Assembly: GCA_050248855.1 (NCBI GenBank)
Contig: JBFWRP010000004.1
Location: 64,001-128,000, forward strand
DNA length: 64,000 bases
Direction of reading: 5' to 3'
Origin: Planctomycetota bacterium
GTDB taxonomy: Bacteria; Planctomycetota; PLA2; JAEUHO01
The notes beneath the pieces are model-generated. The model made no database searches. It saw only the letters and a program-made list of their open reading frames with translations, and had not been told where the DNA came from. This document shows, in pieces, positions 9,356-18,866 of the stretch (the first letter of the stretch is position 1; the number at the start of each line of letters is the position of its first letter). A program made the position numbers and the translations under genes.

Positions 9356-11035
9356 CTAGGCGCGCCCGACGGCGCCGCCGTGACGCCGGGGCACGGCCAC
9401 GCGGTGCACGACGCGCGCGAGGTGGCGCTGGCGACGCGCGCCGTCGGGATCCCCGATGGCGTCCAGGGCATCGGCCAGAGCGAGGTAGCCCTCGGGGTCC
9501 TGGGGCGCCGCAAGGACGTAGCGACGCAGCTCGATGAGCGCCGGGGCGGTCCGGCCGAGTGCGAGCAGGGCCCGGCCATGGTCCCGCCGGGCTGCGTCGT
9601 CGGGGGGCAGGACGCGCTGGGCGGCTCTCCCGGCCGCGGCGGCCTTGCGAGGGGTCCCGCGCGCGTGGTGGACCCGGACGAGGATGCCGAGGGCCCCGGG
9701 GTGCCGGCGATCCCGCCTCAGGGCGGCCCGCGTCCGGGCCAGGGCCAGGTCCAGGCGCCCGCCCTCGAACGCGAGCTCGGCCAGGCCCGTCCAGAGATCA
9801 GGGGCCTCGGGCAAGTGGGAGAGCGCGCGCAGCAGCGCCCTCTCGGCGGAGGCATCCCGGGCCGCCGCGAGGAGCGCCGCCGCCAGGTCCAGGTGCAGCT
9901 CGAGATCGCGGGGACGGGCGTGGACGGCATGGGCCAAGCGGCGCACGGCCTCGCGCCGACGACCCGCGCGCCCCAAGGCGCGCGTGTAGAGCCGCAAGGT
10001 GCCCACGTCCGCCGGGGCCGAGCGGAGCCTCGCGCGCGCCACCCGCGCGGCTGCCCGCGGCCGGTCGGCCTCGAGCAGGTGCTCGACCAGGCCCTGCCAC
10101 CACGCGCCGCGGTCGGGTTCCAGCGCCAGCCGCGCACGGTAGCGGGCCACGCCAGCCCCGGGACGTCCCAGGAAGCGCTCGGCAGTCGCCGCGAGGCGCA
10201 CGGCCTCCTCCTCCGGTGCCGGCTCGCCGAGCAGGGGCTCCAGGACCTCGAGCGCCCGCTGGACGCGCCCGGCGTCGAGCGCCGCCTCGGCCCAGCGCAG
10301 GCGGGCCTCCGCAAAGTCCGGCTCGCGCCGCACGGCGCTGCGGTAGTGGGCGATGGCCTCGGCCGAGCGCCCCTCCGCACGGGCCAGGTCCCCGAGGCCG
10401 TAGGCGGCATCGGCGGCGTGGGGGCCCGCCAGGGCGCGGTGGAAGGCGCCCCGGGCCTCGGCCCGACGGCCCTGGGCCGCCAGCGTGCGCCCCAGCCCGA
10501 CGTCCAGCTCGGGGTGGTGGGGCTCCAGCGCCCGCACGCGCAGCCACGCCGCAAGCGCGTCGTCGGTACGACCGCCGATCAAGTAGGCCAGCGCCAGATG
10601 GCGATGCACGTGCGGGCACGTCGGATCGAGCTCCAGCGCCCGCGCGGCGTGGAGCTCGGCGCGGGCCAGGTCCTCGCGCAGGGCGTGGCAGTGCGCGAGG
10701 TTGCAGTGCGCCTCCTCCAGGTCCGGATCGCGCTCCAAGGCCTCGCCGAATGCGCGGACGGCGCGGTCCAGATGGCCGAGGCGCCCGTAGCACAGCCCCA
10801 GCCCCATCCACGGCGCGGCGCTGCCCGGGCTCAACGCCGCGCTGCGGCGATAGCGGCGCAGGGCCGCCGGGACCTGGTCGTCTTCCAGGTGGCAGTGGCC
10901 GAGGTAGAGGTCGATCCGCGGGCTGATCACCCCGCGCCGATCCAGGCTCCGAAGCATGGCCCGGGCCCCGGCGTGGTCGCCTTCCTCGTAGCGTTGGACC
11001 GCCTTGGCCAGGCGGCGATCCGCGTCGTGCCACAT
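9356..11035 (-). CDS. Tetratricopeptide-repeat protein (559 aa)
   Basis: Repeated TPR motifs (LYLGHCHLE, WMGLGLCYGRLG, AHCNLAHCH, AYGLGDLARAEG, GYLALADALDAIG). ATG at 11035; divergent from fusA. Confidence 0.85.
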   Translation of the reverse strand: MWHDADRRLAKAVQRYEEGDHAGARAMLRSLDRRGVISPRIDLYLGHCHLEDDQVPAALRRYRRSAALSPGSAAPWMGLGLCYGRLGHLDRAVRAFGEALERDPDLEEAHCNLAHCHALREDLARAELHAARALELDPTCPHVHRHLALAYLIGGRTDDALAAWLRVRALEPHHPELDVGLGRTLAAQGRRAEARGAFHRALAGPHAADAAYGLGDLARAEGRSAEAIAHYRSAVRREPDFAEARLRWAEAALDAGRVQRALEVLEPLLGEPAPEEEAVRLAATAERFLGRPGAGVARYRARLALEPDRGAWWQGLVEHLLEADRPRAAARVARARLRSAPADVGTLRLYTRALGRAGRRREAVRRLAHAVHARPRDLELHLDLAAALLAAARDASAERALLRALSHLPEAPDLWTGLAELAFEGGRLDLALARTRAALRRDRRHPGALGILVRVHHARGTPRKAAAAGRAAQRVLPPDDAARRDHGRALLALGRTAPALIELRRYVLAAPQDPEGYLALADALDAIGDPDGARRQRHLARVVHRVAVPRRHGGAVGRA

Positions 11036-11238
11036 GACCGCTTGGCCACCTCCGCGGGAGGCCCTCCCGCCCCGCAGGCCGGAGGTTCCCACCCCGGGGG
11101 GACAGTCCAGCGCGCCACGCACCCGTGACCAAGGCACGGGAAAGGCACGCCGGAGGCGGCGGCGAAGGTGGACGCGGCCCCCACCCCCCTCCACACTGCC
11201 GCGCTTCGACGCCGATCTCGCGACGCGGAGCGCCGACC

Positions 11239-13398
11239 ATGGACATGACCTCGAAGACGAACACGCCGGACGAGATCCGCATCCCCTGGGATGTCCCGGA
11301 AGGCGGCCGGCGCAACCGGCTCTGCGACGTGCGCAACTTCGGCATCATGGCGCACATCGATGCGGGCAAGACCACGGTCACCGAGCGCATCCTCTTCTAC
11401 AGCGGCCGCATCCACCGCACGGGCGAGGTGCACGAGGGCGCCGCGACCATGGACTACATGAAGGAGGAGCAGGAGCGCGGCATCACGATCACCAGCGCCG
11501 CGACCAACACGCTCTGGAAGGGCGTGCGCCTCAACATCATCGACACGCCGGGGCACGTGGACTTCACCGCCGAGGTGGAGCGCTCGCTGCGCGTGCTGGA
11601 CGGCGCCGTCGCGGTGTTCGACGCCCAGGCCGGCGTCGAGCCGCAGTCCGAGACCGTCTGGCGCCAAGCCAACCGCTACAAGGTCCCGCGTCTCTGCTTC
11701 CTGAACAAGATGGACAAGGCAGGCGCGGACTTCGACGCCGCCGTGCAGTCCATCCGCGACCGGCTCGGTGCCCGCGCCTTCCCCGTCCAGTACCCGGTCG
11801 GCCAGGCCCAGGACTTCCGCGGCATCATCGACGTCCTCGAGAACGTCGCCTACATGTACGACGAGGAGAGCCAGGGCCGCCGCTGGCACGAGGAGCCGGT
11901 GCCGGCCGGGCTGCGCGAGCGGGTCGACGACCTGCGCCGCGAGCTCGTCGAGGCGGCCGCCGAGCAGGACGACGAGCTGCTCGAGCGGTACCTCGGCGGC
12001 GAGGAGCTGCACCGCGACGACCTGTTGGTCGCCATCCGCAAGGGCGTGCTGAGCGGCTCGTTCGTGCCCGTGCTCTGCGGCTCGGCGCTCCGCAACAAGG
12101 GCGTGCAGCGCCTGCTCGACGCCGTCTGCTACTTCCTCCCCTGCCCGCTGGACATCAAGGAGATCCACGGCACGGAGATGGACGAGACCACGCCGGTCAT
12201 CCGTCATCCCGATCCGACGGAGCCGCTCTCGGCGCTGGCCTTCAAGACCGTCGCCGACAAGAACGGCGACCTGTACTTCGTCCGCGTCTACAGCGGCACG
12301 CTGGAGCAGGGCACGCAGATCTGGAACGCCACGCGCGGCAAGCGCGAGCGCGTGGGGCGCTTGATGATCATGCACGCCGCCGAGCGTGAGCTGGTCGACA
12401 AGCTCGAGGCCGGCCAGATCGGCGCGGTCGTGGGCTTCAAGGACACGTACACGGGCGACACGCTCTGCACGAAAGAGCAGCCCATCCTGCTCGAGCCCAT
12501 GACCTTCCCCGAGACGGTCATCTCGATGGCCATCCAGCCCAAGAGCCGCGGCGACCGCGACAAGCTGGGCGAGGCCTTGCAGCGCCTCCAGCGCGAGGAC
12601 CCCACGTTCCGCGCCTACACCGACGACGAGACCGGCGACACGATCATCTCGGGCATGGGCGAGCTGCACCTGGACGTGCTCGTGAGCCGCCTGTTCAACG
12701 AGTACAAGCTCGAGTGCGTGACTGGCAAGCCCAAGGTGGCCTACCGCCAGACGCTCAAGAAGGACATCGAGGTCGAGGGTCGCCACGTCAAGCAGTCGGG
12801 CGGTCGCGGCCAGTTCGGTGTGGCGCGCGTCAAGTTCACGCTGCACGACCAGACCGAGAACACGTTCGAGAGCACCGTGGTCGGCGGCTCGGTCCCGCGC
12901 GAGTACTGGAGCTCCGTCGACACGGGCCTGGACAACGCCTACGCGGAGGGCTACCCGCTGGGCTTCCCCTTCGTGAAGCTCCACGCCAACCTCTACGACG
13001 GCAAGTACCACGACGTCGACAGCTCGGAGATGGCCTTCCGCGAGGCGGGCCGCTTGGCGCTCCGCGAGGCCACCGAGCGGGCGGGCGTGAACATCCTCGA
13101 GCCCTGGATGCGCATCGCGATCACGGCTCCCGAGGTCAACCTCGGCGACGTGATCGGCAGCCTCAACCAGCGCCGCGGCGAGATCGAGAAGACCGAGCGC
13201 GGCAGCGGTGACGCCATGCGCATCTACGGCTTCGTGCCGCTCGCCGAGATGTTCAAGTACAGCGAGGTCCTCCGCGGCCTGTCGCAGGGTCGTGGTGTCT
13301 ACACGCTCGAGCCCTTCGAGTACCGCGTCGTCCCGCAGTCCATCGCCGAGGCCATCCGCAAGGAAGTCGAGGACGAGAAGAAGAAGCGCGGGAAGTAG
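11239..13398 (+). CDS. fusA: Elongation factor G (719 aa), stand-alone copy
   Basis: [83 protein letters not shown]. Confidence 0.96.
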   Translation: MDMTSKTNTPDEIRIPWDVPEGGRRNRLCDVRNFGIMAHIDAGKTTVTERILFYSGRIHRTGEVHEGAATMDYMKEEQERGITITSAATNTLWKGVRLNIIDTPGHVDFTAEVERSLRVLDGAVAVFDAQAGVEPQSETVWRQANRYKVPRLCFLNKMDKAGADFDAAVQSIRDRLGARAFPVQYPVGQAQDFRGIIDVLENVAYMYDEESQGRRWHEEPVPAGLRERVDDLRRELVEAAAEQDDELLERYLGGEELHRDDLLVAIRKGVLSGSFVPVLCGSALRNKGVQRLLDAVCYFLPCPLDIKEIHGTEMDETTPVIRHPDPTEPLSALAFKTVADKNGDLYFVRVYSGTLEQGTQIWNATRGKRERVGRLMIMHAAERELVDKLEAGQIGAVVGFKDTYTGDTLCTKEQPILLEPMTFPETVISMAIQPKSRGDRDKLGEALQRLQREDPTFRAYTDDETGDTIISGMGELHLDVLVSRLFNEYKLECVTGKPKVAYRQTLKKDIEVEGRHVKQSGGRGQFGVARVKFTLHDQTENTFESTVVGGSVPREYWSSVDTGLDNAYAEGYPLGFPFVKLHANLYDGKYHDVDSSEMAFREAGRLALREATERAGVNILEPWMRIAITAPEVNLGDVIGSLNQRRGEIEKTERGSGDAMRIYGFVPLAEMFKYSEVLRGLSQGRGVYTLEPFEYRVVPQSIAEAIRKEVEDEKKKRGK

Positions 13399-13405
13399 GC
13401 GCGCC

Positions 13406-14488
13406 TCAGGGGGCGCCGTCGCCCGCAGACCTGGCACGCCGGTCGCGCTTGCGAGAGGCGTGCACGTCGCCTAGCCATGCGCGCGTGGACGGCATGAAAA
13501 CGGCCCACATCCATGCGGCCGAAGCCACCACGCGGGACGTGTCGACCGTGAGCCGCCCCTCGGCTTGGCCCCCGCCAACGGCGAACAGCGCGTTCAGGCC
13601 GGCGAGCCCCAGACACACGTAGAACGCGCCCGCACGCGCCGCCAGGAGGCCCTGCATGAGCTTCCAGGCCGCGACGGCGAGCGCGATCGAGATGGCGAAG
13701 CGGACCAGCTGGAACGGCGCAGGGCCCCACTCCGAGAGAGCACCGACGACGCCCAAGCCGATGACCGCTGACGTAAGCGTCAGGACCAGGAACCAGACGG
13801 CCAGGGGCGCGGGTGGAAGTTCGTGCGCTGGCGGCGAAGCAGCGTCGGCGCGCGCGCCGTCCTCGCCCTGGTCGATCGCAAACCACGCTCGACTCCCCGG
13901 CAGCAACAATGCGCCTAGCAGGGCAAGCACGAGGCCCAGGTAGGGCCAGTCGATCCGCGACGCGCCGACGGGCCAGAGGGGCGACTTCGCCGTCGACGTG
14001 AGGACCGCCTCGATGGCCAGCATCAGGGCGAGTGCGAGCCAGGCCCATCGCTGCCGGTTGAAGAGGGCCGCGGCGAGGACGAGGGAGAGGCTGCCGCCGA
14101 CGAGGAGCTGCAGCTGGGCGTGGCCCAGGAGGGTCCCGGGGAGATCGAAGCGGGCGAGCGCAGGCGCCACGAGGGACCAGCGGCCCGCGGCCGCGTGCAG
14201 CCCGAACGGCACGATGTAGAGCCGGTAGATGCCCTCGAGCAGGGCGAGCAGGACGACGACCCAGACGGCCAGCGGTGGGCCGGCTGCCGCCCCACGGCCT
14301 CCCGCGGACGAGCGCTCCTCCGGCTGCGGCGACGGCACGTCCTCCGGATCGTCCGACCACCACACGGTGCCGTCGTCGATCGTGCCGTCGGCGACGAGGG
14401 CGTCGTACTGCGCACGGGAGAGGGGCCCGTGCACGTCGTCGCCGTCCAGGTACCAGTACGCCGCCTCGAACGCTTCGACCTCGCCCAT
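13406..14488 (-). CDS. GYF_2/DUF4339-like domain membrane protein with duplicated TM module (360 aa)
   Basis: N-terminal YWYLDGDDVHGPLS..YDALVADGTIDDGTVWW matches the GYF_2 pattern; about 8 hydrophobic segments follow. Confidence 0.65.
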   Translation of the reverse strand: MGEVEAFEAAYWYLDGDDVHGPLSRAQYDALVADGTIDDGTVWWSDDPEDVPSPQPEERSSAGGRGAAAGPPLAVWVVVLLALLEGIYRLYIVPFGLHAAAGRWSLVAPALARFDLPGTLLGHAQLQLLVGGSLSLVLAAALFNRQRWAWLALALMLAIEAVLTSTAKSPLWPVGASRIDWPYLGLVLALLGALLLPGSRAWFAIDQGEDGARADAASPPAHELPPAPLAVWFLVLTLTSAVIGLGVVGALSEWGPAPFQLVRFAISIALAVAAWKLMQGLLAARAGAFYVCLGLAGLNALFAVGGGQAEGRLTVDTSRVVASAAWMWAVFMPSTRAWLGDVHASRKRDRRARSAGDGAP

Positions 14489-14546
14489 CGTCCCTCGCGG
14501 GCGATGCTACGCGAAGAGGCGGCAGCTCGGCGACGCTCTTCGGCGA

Positions 14547-17500
14547 TCAGGCGCCGCCGGGGCAGGTGCCGGCGGCCACGAGCTCGCGGACGACCTCGCC
14601 ATCGCGCTCCTCGCGCACGACACCCGTGACGGGCGCGTCCTTGGCGATCCAGCGCTTCATCACGCGACCACGACGCATGGTCCGCGTGACGATCACGCAG
14701 TCCCAGGTCCGGCCAGCGGCCTCGATGGTGCCCTCGCCGATCTCGATCGCGCCGCCACCGCGGCCGCCAAGGCGCAGCGGGTTGGCCGTGCGCGGACGCT
14801 CCATGCGCGCCCCCCGGACTTCCTCGTCGCCGACCTTCACGATCGACTCGAGCACGACGGTGTCCTCGTGCACCTCGACGACCCGCTGCTCGACGATCGT
14901 CTCCTGGCCCTGGATCACCTGGCGCCAGCGGGCCCACTCCCCCACGACCGCGTCGGCCAGCGGGTTCACCATGTCGGGCACGTCCTGCTCGTCGCCTGCC
15001 AAGCGCGGGCTCGCGCGCGAGGGTACGGGGTCGCTGTCGGGCGCCGGCTCGGGCACGGGCTGCGGCTCGGGCGTCGGCGTCGGCTCGGGCGTCGGCGTCG
15101 GCTCGGGCGTGGGTTCCGGCGTGGGCTCGGGCTCGGGAACCGGCTGCGGCTGGGGCGGGGCCTCGACGACCTCGGGGCTCCCCCACTCGATCGCCTCCAT
15201 GACGACGGTGTCGCCCAGGCGCGCATCGACGAGACCCCATCCGGCCACGGCGTTGCTGAAGCGCAGCGTGAGGCGCGTCCCCATGGCCGCCAGCGACACC
15301 GAGGCCACGTCGGCCTCCGCGGCGCCCACCTTCGCGCGACCGACCTCGTGCGAGGCCACCTCGCCCATCACGCGGATCGCCGTGAGCAAGTCGCGGTTGG
15401 GCAGGCGATCAGGAAGCGGCAGCGGGAAGGCCGGACCGCTCTCGACTTCGCCCACGAGCGAGACCTCGTCGTCGTTCACATCGGTCACCTCGAGCTTGAG
15501 GACGGTGTCCTCCTGCCCACCCGGGGGACGCAGGCGGTAGCGGGCCCACTCGCCCTTCACCGCGTCGGCCAACGTGTCGAGCGGGCCTGGCGTGCGCGCG
15601 CCGGCCGGTGCGTCGTCCGGCGTGGCCGGCTTGGGGCCTGGCGTGGTCGTGTCCGGCTCGGGCTTGTCGGTCTTGGGTCCGGTCGCAGGCGTGGGCGGCT
15701 TGCTCGCCGCGTTGGCCTCGGCGATCTCGGCCAGCACGACCTCGATCGCCTTCGCCAGCTGCGGGTCACGACCCTTCACGCGGTCTTCGGGGGTCTCCAC
15801 GACGACGATGTCGGGCTTCACCCCGTAGCCCTCGAGGTTGGTGCCGTCCATGCCGTAGTAGCCCACGCGCGGGATGCGGAACGTGCTGCCGTCGCTGAGC
15901 TGGATGTCGTTGGTGCCGATCACGCCGCCCGGCGTGGGGACACCCACGATCTTGCCGCGCCCGAGCGCCTGGAAGCAGTACGGGAACACCTCGGCGTCGG
16001 AGAACGAGCGCTCGTTGATCAGCACGACGACGGGCTTGTCCCAGAAGAGCGCCGGCTGCGTGATCTTGCGCGGCGCCCCACGGGGCTGCACCTGGGCGTA
16101 CGGCCGCGCCGTGAGGATCTCCATCAGCTGGTTGTGGATGTTGCCGCCACCGTTCTCGCGCACGTCGAGCACCAGGCCCTGGATGCGCTTGCTGAGGTTG
16201 AGCTGGCCGATCGTGGCCTGGAAGCGGCTGAGGTTGGCCGGGTTCATCGCATCCAGGTGGATGTACGCCAGGGCGCCCTTGCCCTCCTCGCGCACCTTCT
16301 TCACGTTGCCGGAGATCCAGTCGCGGTGGAGGAGCTCGGCGATCGAGCGGGCATCCGTCGGCGTGATCTCGGTCTTCGTCTCCTCGCCCACGCCGTCGCC
16401 GGTGATGGGCCGGTAGGTGATCACGACCTTCTTGCCGACCTGACCCGACAGGGCCTCGTCGAGACTGCCCTTGGAGAGCGAGACCTGGCCGATGGCCACG
16501 ATCTCGTCGCCTACGCGCAAGCGCGCCTGGGCCGCGGGCCCATTGGCCAAGATGGACGTGATGACGCGCCCACCGTGGGGACCGGACTTCTGGGCGAAGT
16601 CCGCACCCAGGTAGCCGGAGGGTACGGCCCGCTCGGGCACGGCGTTGCTGGGGCGGCTGCCCCCGTAGATGCCCAGGTGGCTGGCATTGAGCTCGGCCAG
16701 CATCTGGCTGATGACGTTCTGGAACTCGCCCTTGTCTTCGGCCTCGATCGCGACGTCGCGGTACTTGGCCCGCATGGCGTTCCAGTCCACGCCGTGCATC
16801 TTGGGGTCGTAGAACCCGTCGCGCATCTTCGTCCACGCTTCGTCGAACAGCTGCTCGAGCTCCTTGCGCTGGTCCACCTCGATCTCGGCGAGGAAGGGCA
16901 CGCGCGTGCGGTTCTCGATGCTCGTGGGTGCGGGCACGCGGTAGATCTGCTCGGCGCCGTCCGTACCGACCGAGAACAGGATCGAGTCACCGCGCGGGCT
17001 CCAACACGCACCCGAGCCATCGCGCGAGATCTGCATCGACTCGCCGCCCTGCGAGCTGGTCACGAAGATCCCCCCGGACTCGCCAGCCGCCGGGTTGAAC
17101 GCCTCGAAGGCGATCATGTCGCTGTCGGGCGACCACGTCGGCACCTGGAAGAACCCCGACCCGCGGGAGATGCGCCGCACGTTCTTGCCGTCGGCGTCCA
17201 TCACGTAGATGGCCTGCGTGCCTTCGCGGCCGCTGTCGAACGCGATCTTCTGGCCATCGGGCGACCAGCACGGGTCGTCGTCGGCCTCCTTGTGGTCGGT
17301 GAGCTGCGTGAGCTCGCCGGACCGCACGTCCAGGCGCCAGATGTCGCGGTTCCCGCTGCGCTCGCTGGAGAAGGCCACGTAGCGCCCATCGGGCGACCAC
17401 GTGTGGAAGAAGTCGTCCTTGGGGTGGTCGGTCAGGCGCTTCACGTTGTTGCCGCGTACGTCCATGACCCACAGGTCGGAGTTGCCGCTGCGATCGGACT

Positions 17501-18683
17501 GGAACGCGATCCACTGCCCGTCCGGCGAGAGACGCGGCCACTCGTCCTTCGCCGCGCCGTCCGTCAGCCGCTGGGCCTTGCCGCCGCCCGACGGCATGGT
17601 CCAGATGTCGCCGAACGCGCTGAACACGAGGCGGCTGGCATCGCCGCTGGTGTGTACGTGTTGGGCGCCGCTGGTGAGCGTCCGCTCCGTCACGCCGCTG
17701 TGCCGGACGTCGCCGCGGACGACGAAGGGCAGGAGCTTGGCGGTGGGCTTGTCCTGCGTGAGGTCGGCGACGTGCAGGCGCGCGCCGCGCTCGAACACGG
17801 CGGTCTTCCCATCCCACGCCAGGTCCGGGCGGTGCACGTCGAGGCCCGTCCAGGCGCTGACTTGGCGACGCTCGCCGCCCGCGGCAGGCATCGCGTAGAA
17901 GCTGGCGACGCCCTTCTCCTCGGCCACGAACCAGACCGTGGCGCCGTCCGGCGAGAAGAAGGGGCTGCGCTCGTTGCCGAGCGTCGCGGTGAGCGCGGTC
18001 GGGATGCCGCCGTCGCGGGCCACGGTGTAGAGGTCGTAGTTGCCCGTGCCCTCGTAGTTGTCCTGGTAGATCGTGTTGAACCCGCGCGCGTACACGATCG
18101 TCTTGCCATCCGGGCTGTAGCTGCCGTCGCGACCGCCGTCCACGGTGATGGCGCGCGGCGTGCCCCCCGCGATCGGCACCTCGTAGAGGTTGAGCTGGTA
18201 GCGACCGGGGTCGCGGTTGCTGGCGAACAGCAGGAACTTCCCGTCCGGCGACCAGTCGCAGAGGATCGCGGCCGAGCTGTGCTGCGTGATGCGCGTGGGC
18301 TCGCCGCCCTCGATCGGCATCACGTAGAGGTCGTAGCCCCCGGCGCGCTGCGAGCTGAACGCGATCTGCTTGCCGTCCGGGCTGATGCGCGGGATCGTGT
18401 CCTGTGCTTCGTGGATGGTCAGGCGCTGGGCGAGCTGCGGCGAGTCGATGGACGCCGTCCAGATGTCGCCGCGCCACGTGAACGCCACGGTCTTGCCGTC
18501 GGGAGCGAGGCTGGGGTAGCGCAAGCCCCGCGTGGGCTCGGGGGCCTTCCCCTTGGCCGGCTTGTCGTCGGCGCGAGCCGTGCGGTGGGGAGCGGCCGCG
18601 ACGAGGGCGACCGCCGCGAACGTGGCGACGAAGGCGAGCAGGGGCCGTCGGGCGCGGCCCGCCCGAAGAGGACGCTGGGGCAT
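14547..18683 (-). CDS. Tricorn-like S41 peptidase: signal peptide, PD40/TolB propellers, PDZ, S41 catalytic domain and C-terminal extension (1378 aa)
   Basis: AAGGA RBS before ATG 18683. Many 'SPDG' PD40 repeats, FYDPKMHGVDW, MLAELNASH, DVRENGGGN, NERSFSDAE (S41 catalytic Ser), GGVIGT, LEGYGVKPDI. Confidence 0.9.
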   Translation of the reverse strand: MPQRPLRAGRARRPLLAFVATFAAVALVAAAPHRTARADDKPAKGKAPEPTRGLRYPSLAPDGKTVAFTWRGDIWTASIDSPQLAQRLTIHEAQDTIPRISPDGKQIAFSSQRAGGYDLYVMPIEGGEPTRITQHSSAAILCDWSPDGKFLLFASNRDPGRYQLNLYEVPIAGGTPRAITVDGGRDGSYSPDGKTIVYARGFNTIYQDNYEGTGNYDLYTVARDGGIPTALTATLGNERSPFFSPDGATVWFVAEEKGVASFYAMPAAGGERRQVSAWTGLDVHRPDLAWDGKTAVFERGARLHVADLTQDKPTAKLLPFVVRGDVRHSGVTERTLTSGAQHVHTSGDASRLVFSAFGDIWTMPSGGGKAQRLTDGAAKDEWPRLSPDGQWIAFQSDRSGNSDLWVMDVRGNNVKRLTDHPKDDFFHTWSPDGRYVAFSSERSGNRDIWRLDVRSGELTQLTDHKEADDDPCWSPDGQKIAFDSGREGTQAIYVMDADGKNVRRISRGSGFFQVPTWSPDSDMIAFEAFNPAAGESGGIFVTSSQGGESMQISRDGSGACWSPRGDSILFSVGTDGAEQIYRVPAPTSIENRTRVPFLAEIEVDQRKELEQLFDEAWTKMRDGFYDPKMHGVDWNAMRAKYRDVAIEAEDKGEFQNVISQMLAELNASHLGIYGGSRPSNAVPERAVPSGYLGADFAQKSGPHGGRVITSILANGPAAQARLRVGDEIVAIGQVSLSKGSLDEALSGQVGKKVVITYRPITGDGVGEETKTEITPTDARSIAELLHRDWISGNVKKVREEGKGALAYIHLDAMNPANLSRFQATIGQLNLSKRIQGLVLDVRENGGGNIHNQLMEILTARPYAQVQPRGAPRKITQPALFWDKPVVVLINERSFSDAEVFPYCFQALGRGKIVGVPTPGGVIGTNDIQLSDGSTFRIPRVGYYGMDGTNLEGYGVKPDIVVVETPEDRVKGRDPQLAKAIEVVLAEIAEANAASKPPTPATGPKTDKPEPDTTTPGPKPATPDDAPAGARTPGPLDTLADAVKGEWARYRLRPPGGQEDTVLKLEVTDVNDDEVSLVGEVESGPAFPLPLPDRLPNRDLLTAIRVMGEVASHEVGRAKVGAAEADVASVSLAAMGTRLTLRFSNAVAGWGLVDARLGDTVVMEAIEWGSPEVVEAPPQPQPVPEPEPTPEPTPEPTPTPEPTPTPEPQPVPEPAPDSDPVPSRASPRLAGDEQDVPDMVNPLADAVVGEWARWRQVIQGQETIVEQRVVEVHEDTVVLESIVKVGDEEVRGARMERPRTANPLRLGGRGGGAIEIGEGTIEAAGRTWDCVIVTRTMRRGRVMKRWIAKDAPVTGVVREERDGEVVRELVAAGTCPGGA
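15063..15110. repeat. 18-bp tandem repeat (about 2.7 copies) encoding a Pro-Glu-Pro-Thr linker
   Basis: CGGCTCGGGCGTCGGCGT at 15063 and 15081, partial copy at 15099; lies within PEPEPTPEPTPEPTPTPEPTPTPEP. Confidence 0.85.
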
Positions 18684-18866
18684 GGCAGTTCCTTGCGGGG
18701 CCGTGCGAGCGGACTCTCCCGGGGGCCCCAGGCCGGAGAGCGGCCGGTCAAGGTAGCAGCCCTGCACGCGGTCGTCAGCCCGGGTGTACGTGCGCGCCGG
18801 TCCCGTCCAGGCCGTCGTGAGGGCGCCGCCAGGTTGGTGGGATTCCGCGCCGTCGAACGGGCGGCC

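Noticed and set aside
8758..9579. Upstream in-frame extension of the lipoprotein ORF (1220 aa in the track)
   Set aside because: Low-complexity R/P/G translation that overlaps the TPR gene; the RBS and lipobox place the start at 8757-8673.
15040..15160. Short tandem repeats as a possible CRISPR array
   Set aside because: No spacers; in-frame PEPT linker coding sequence; no cas genes.
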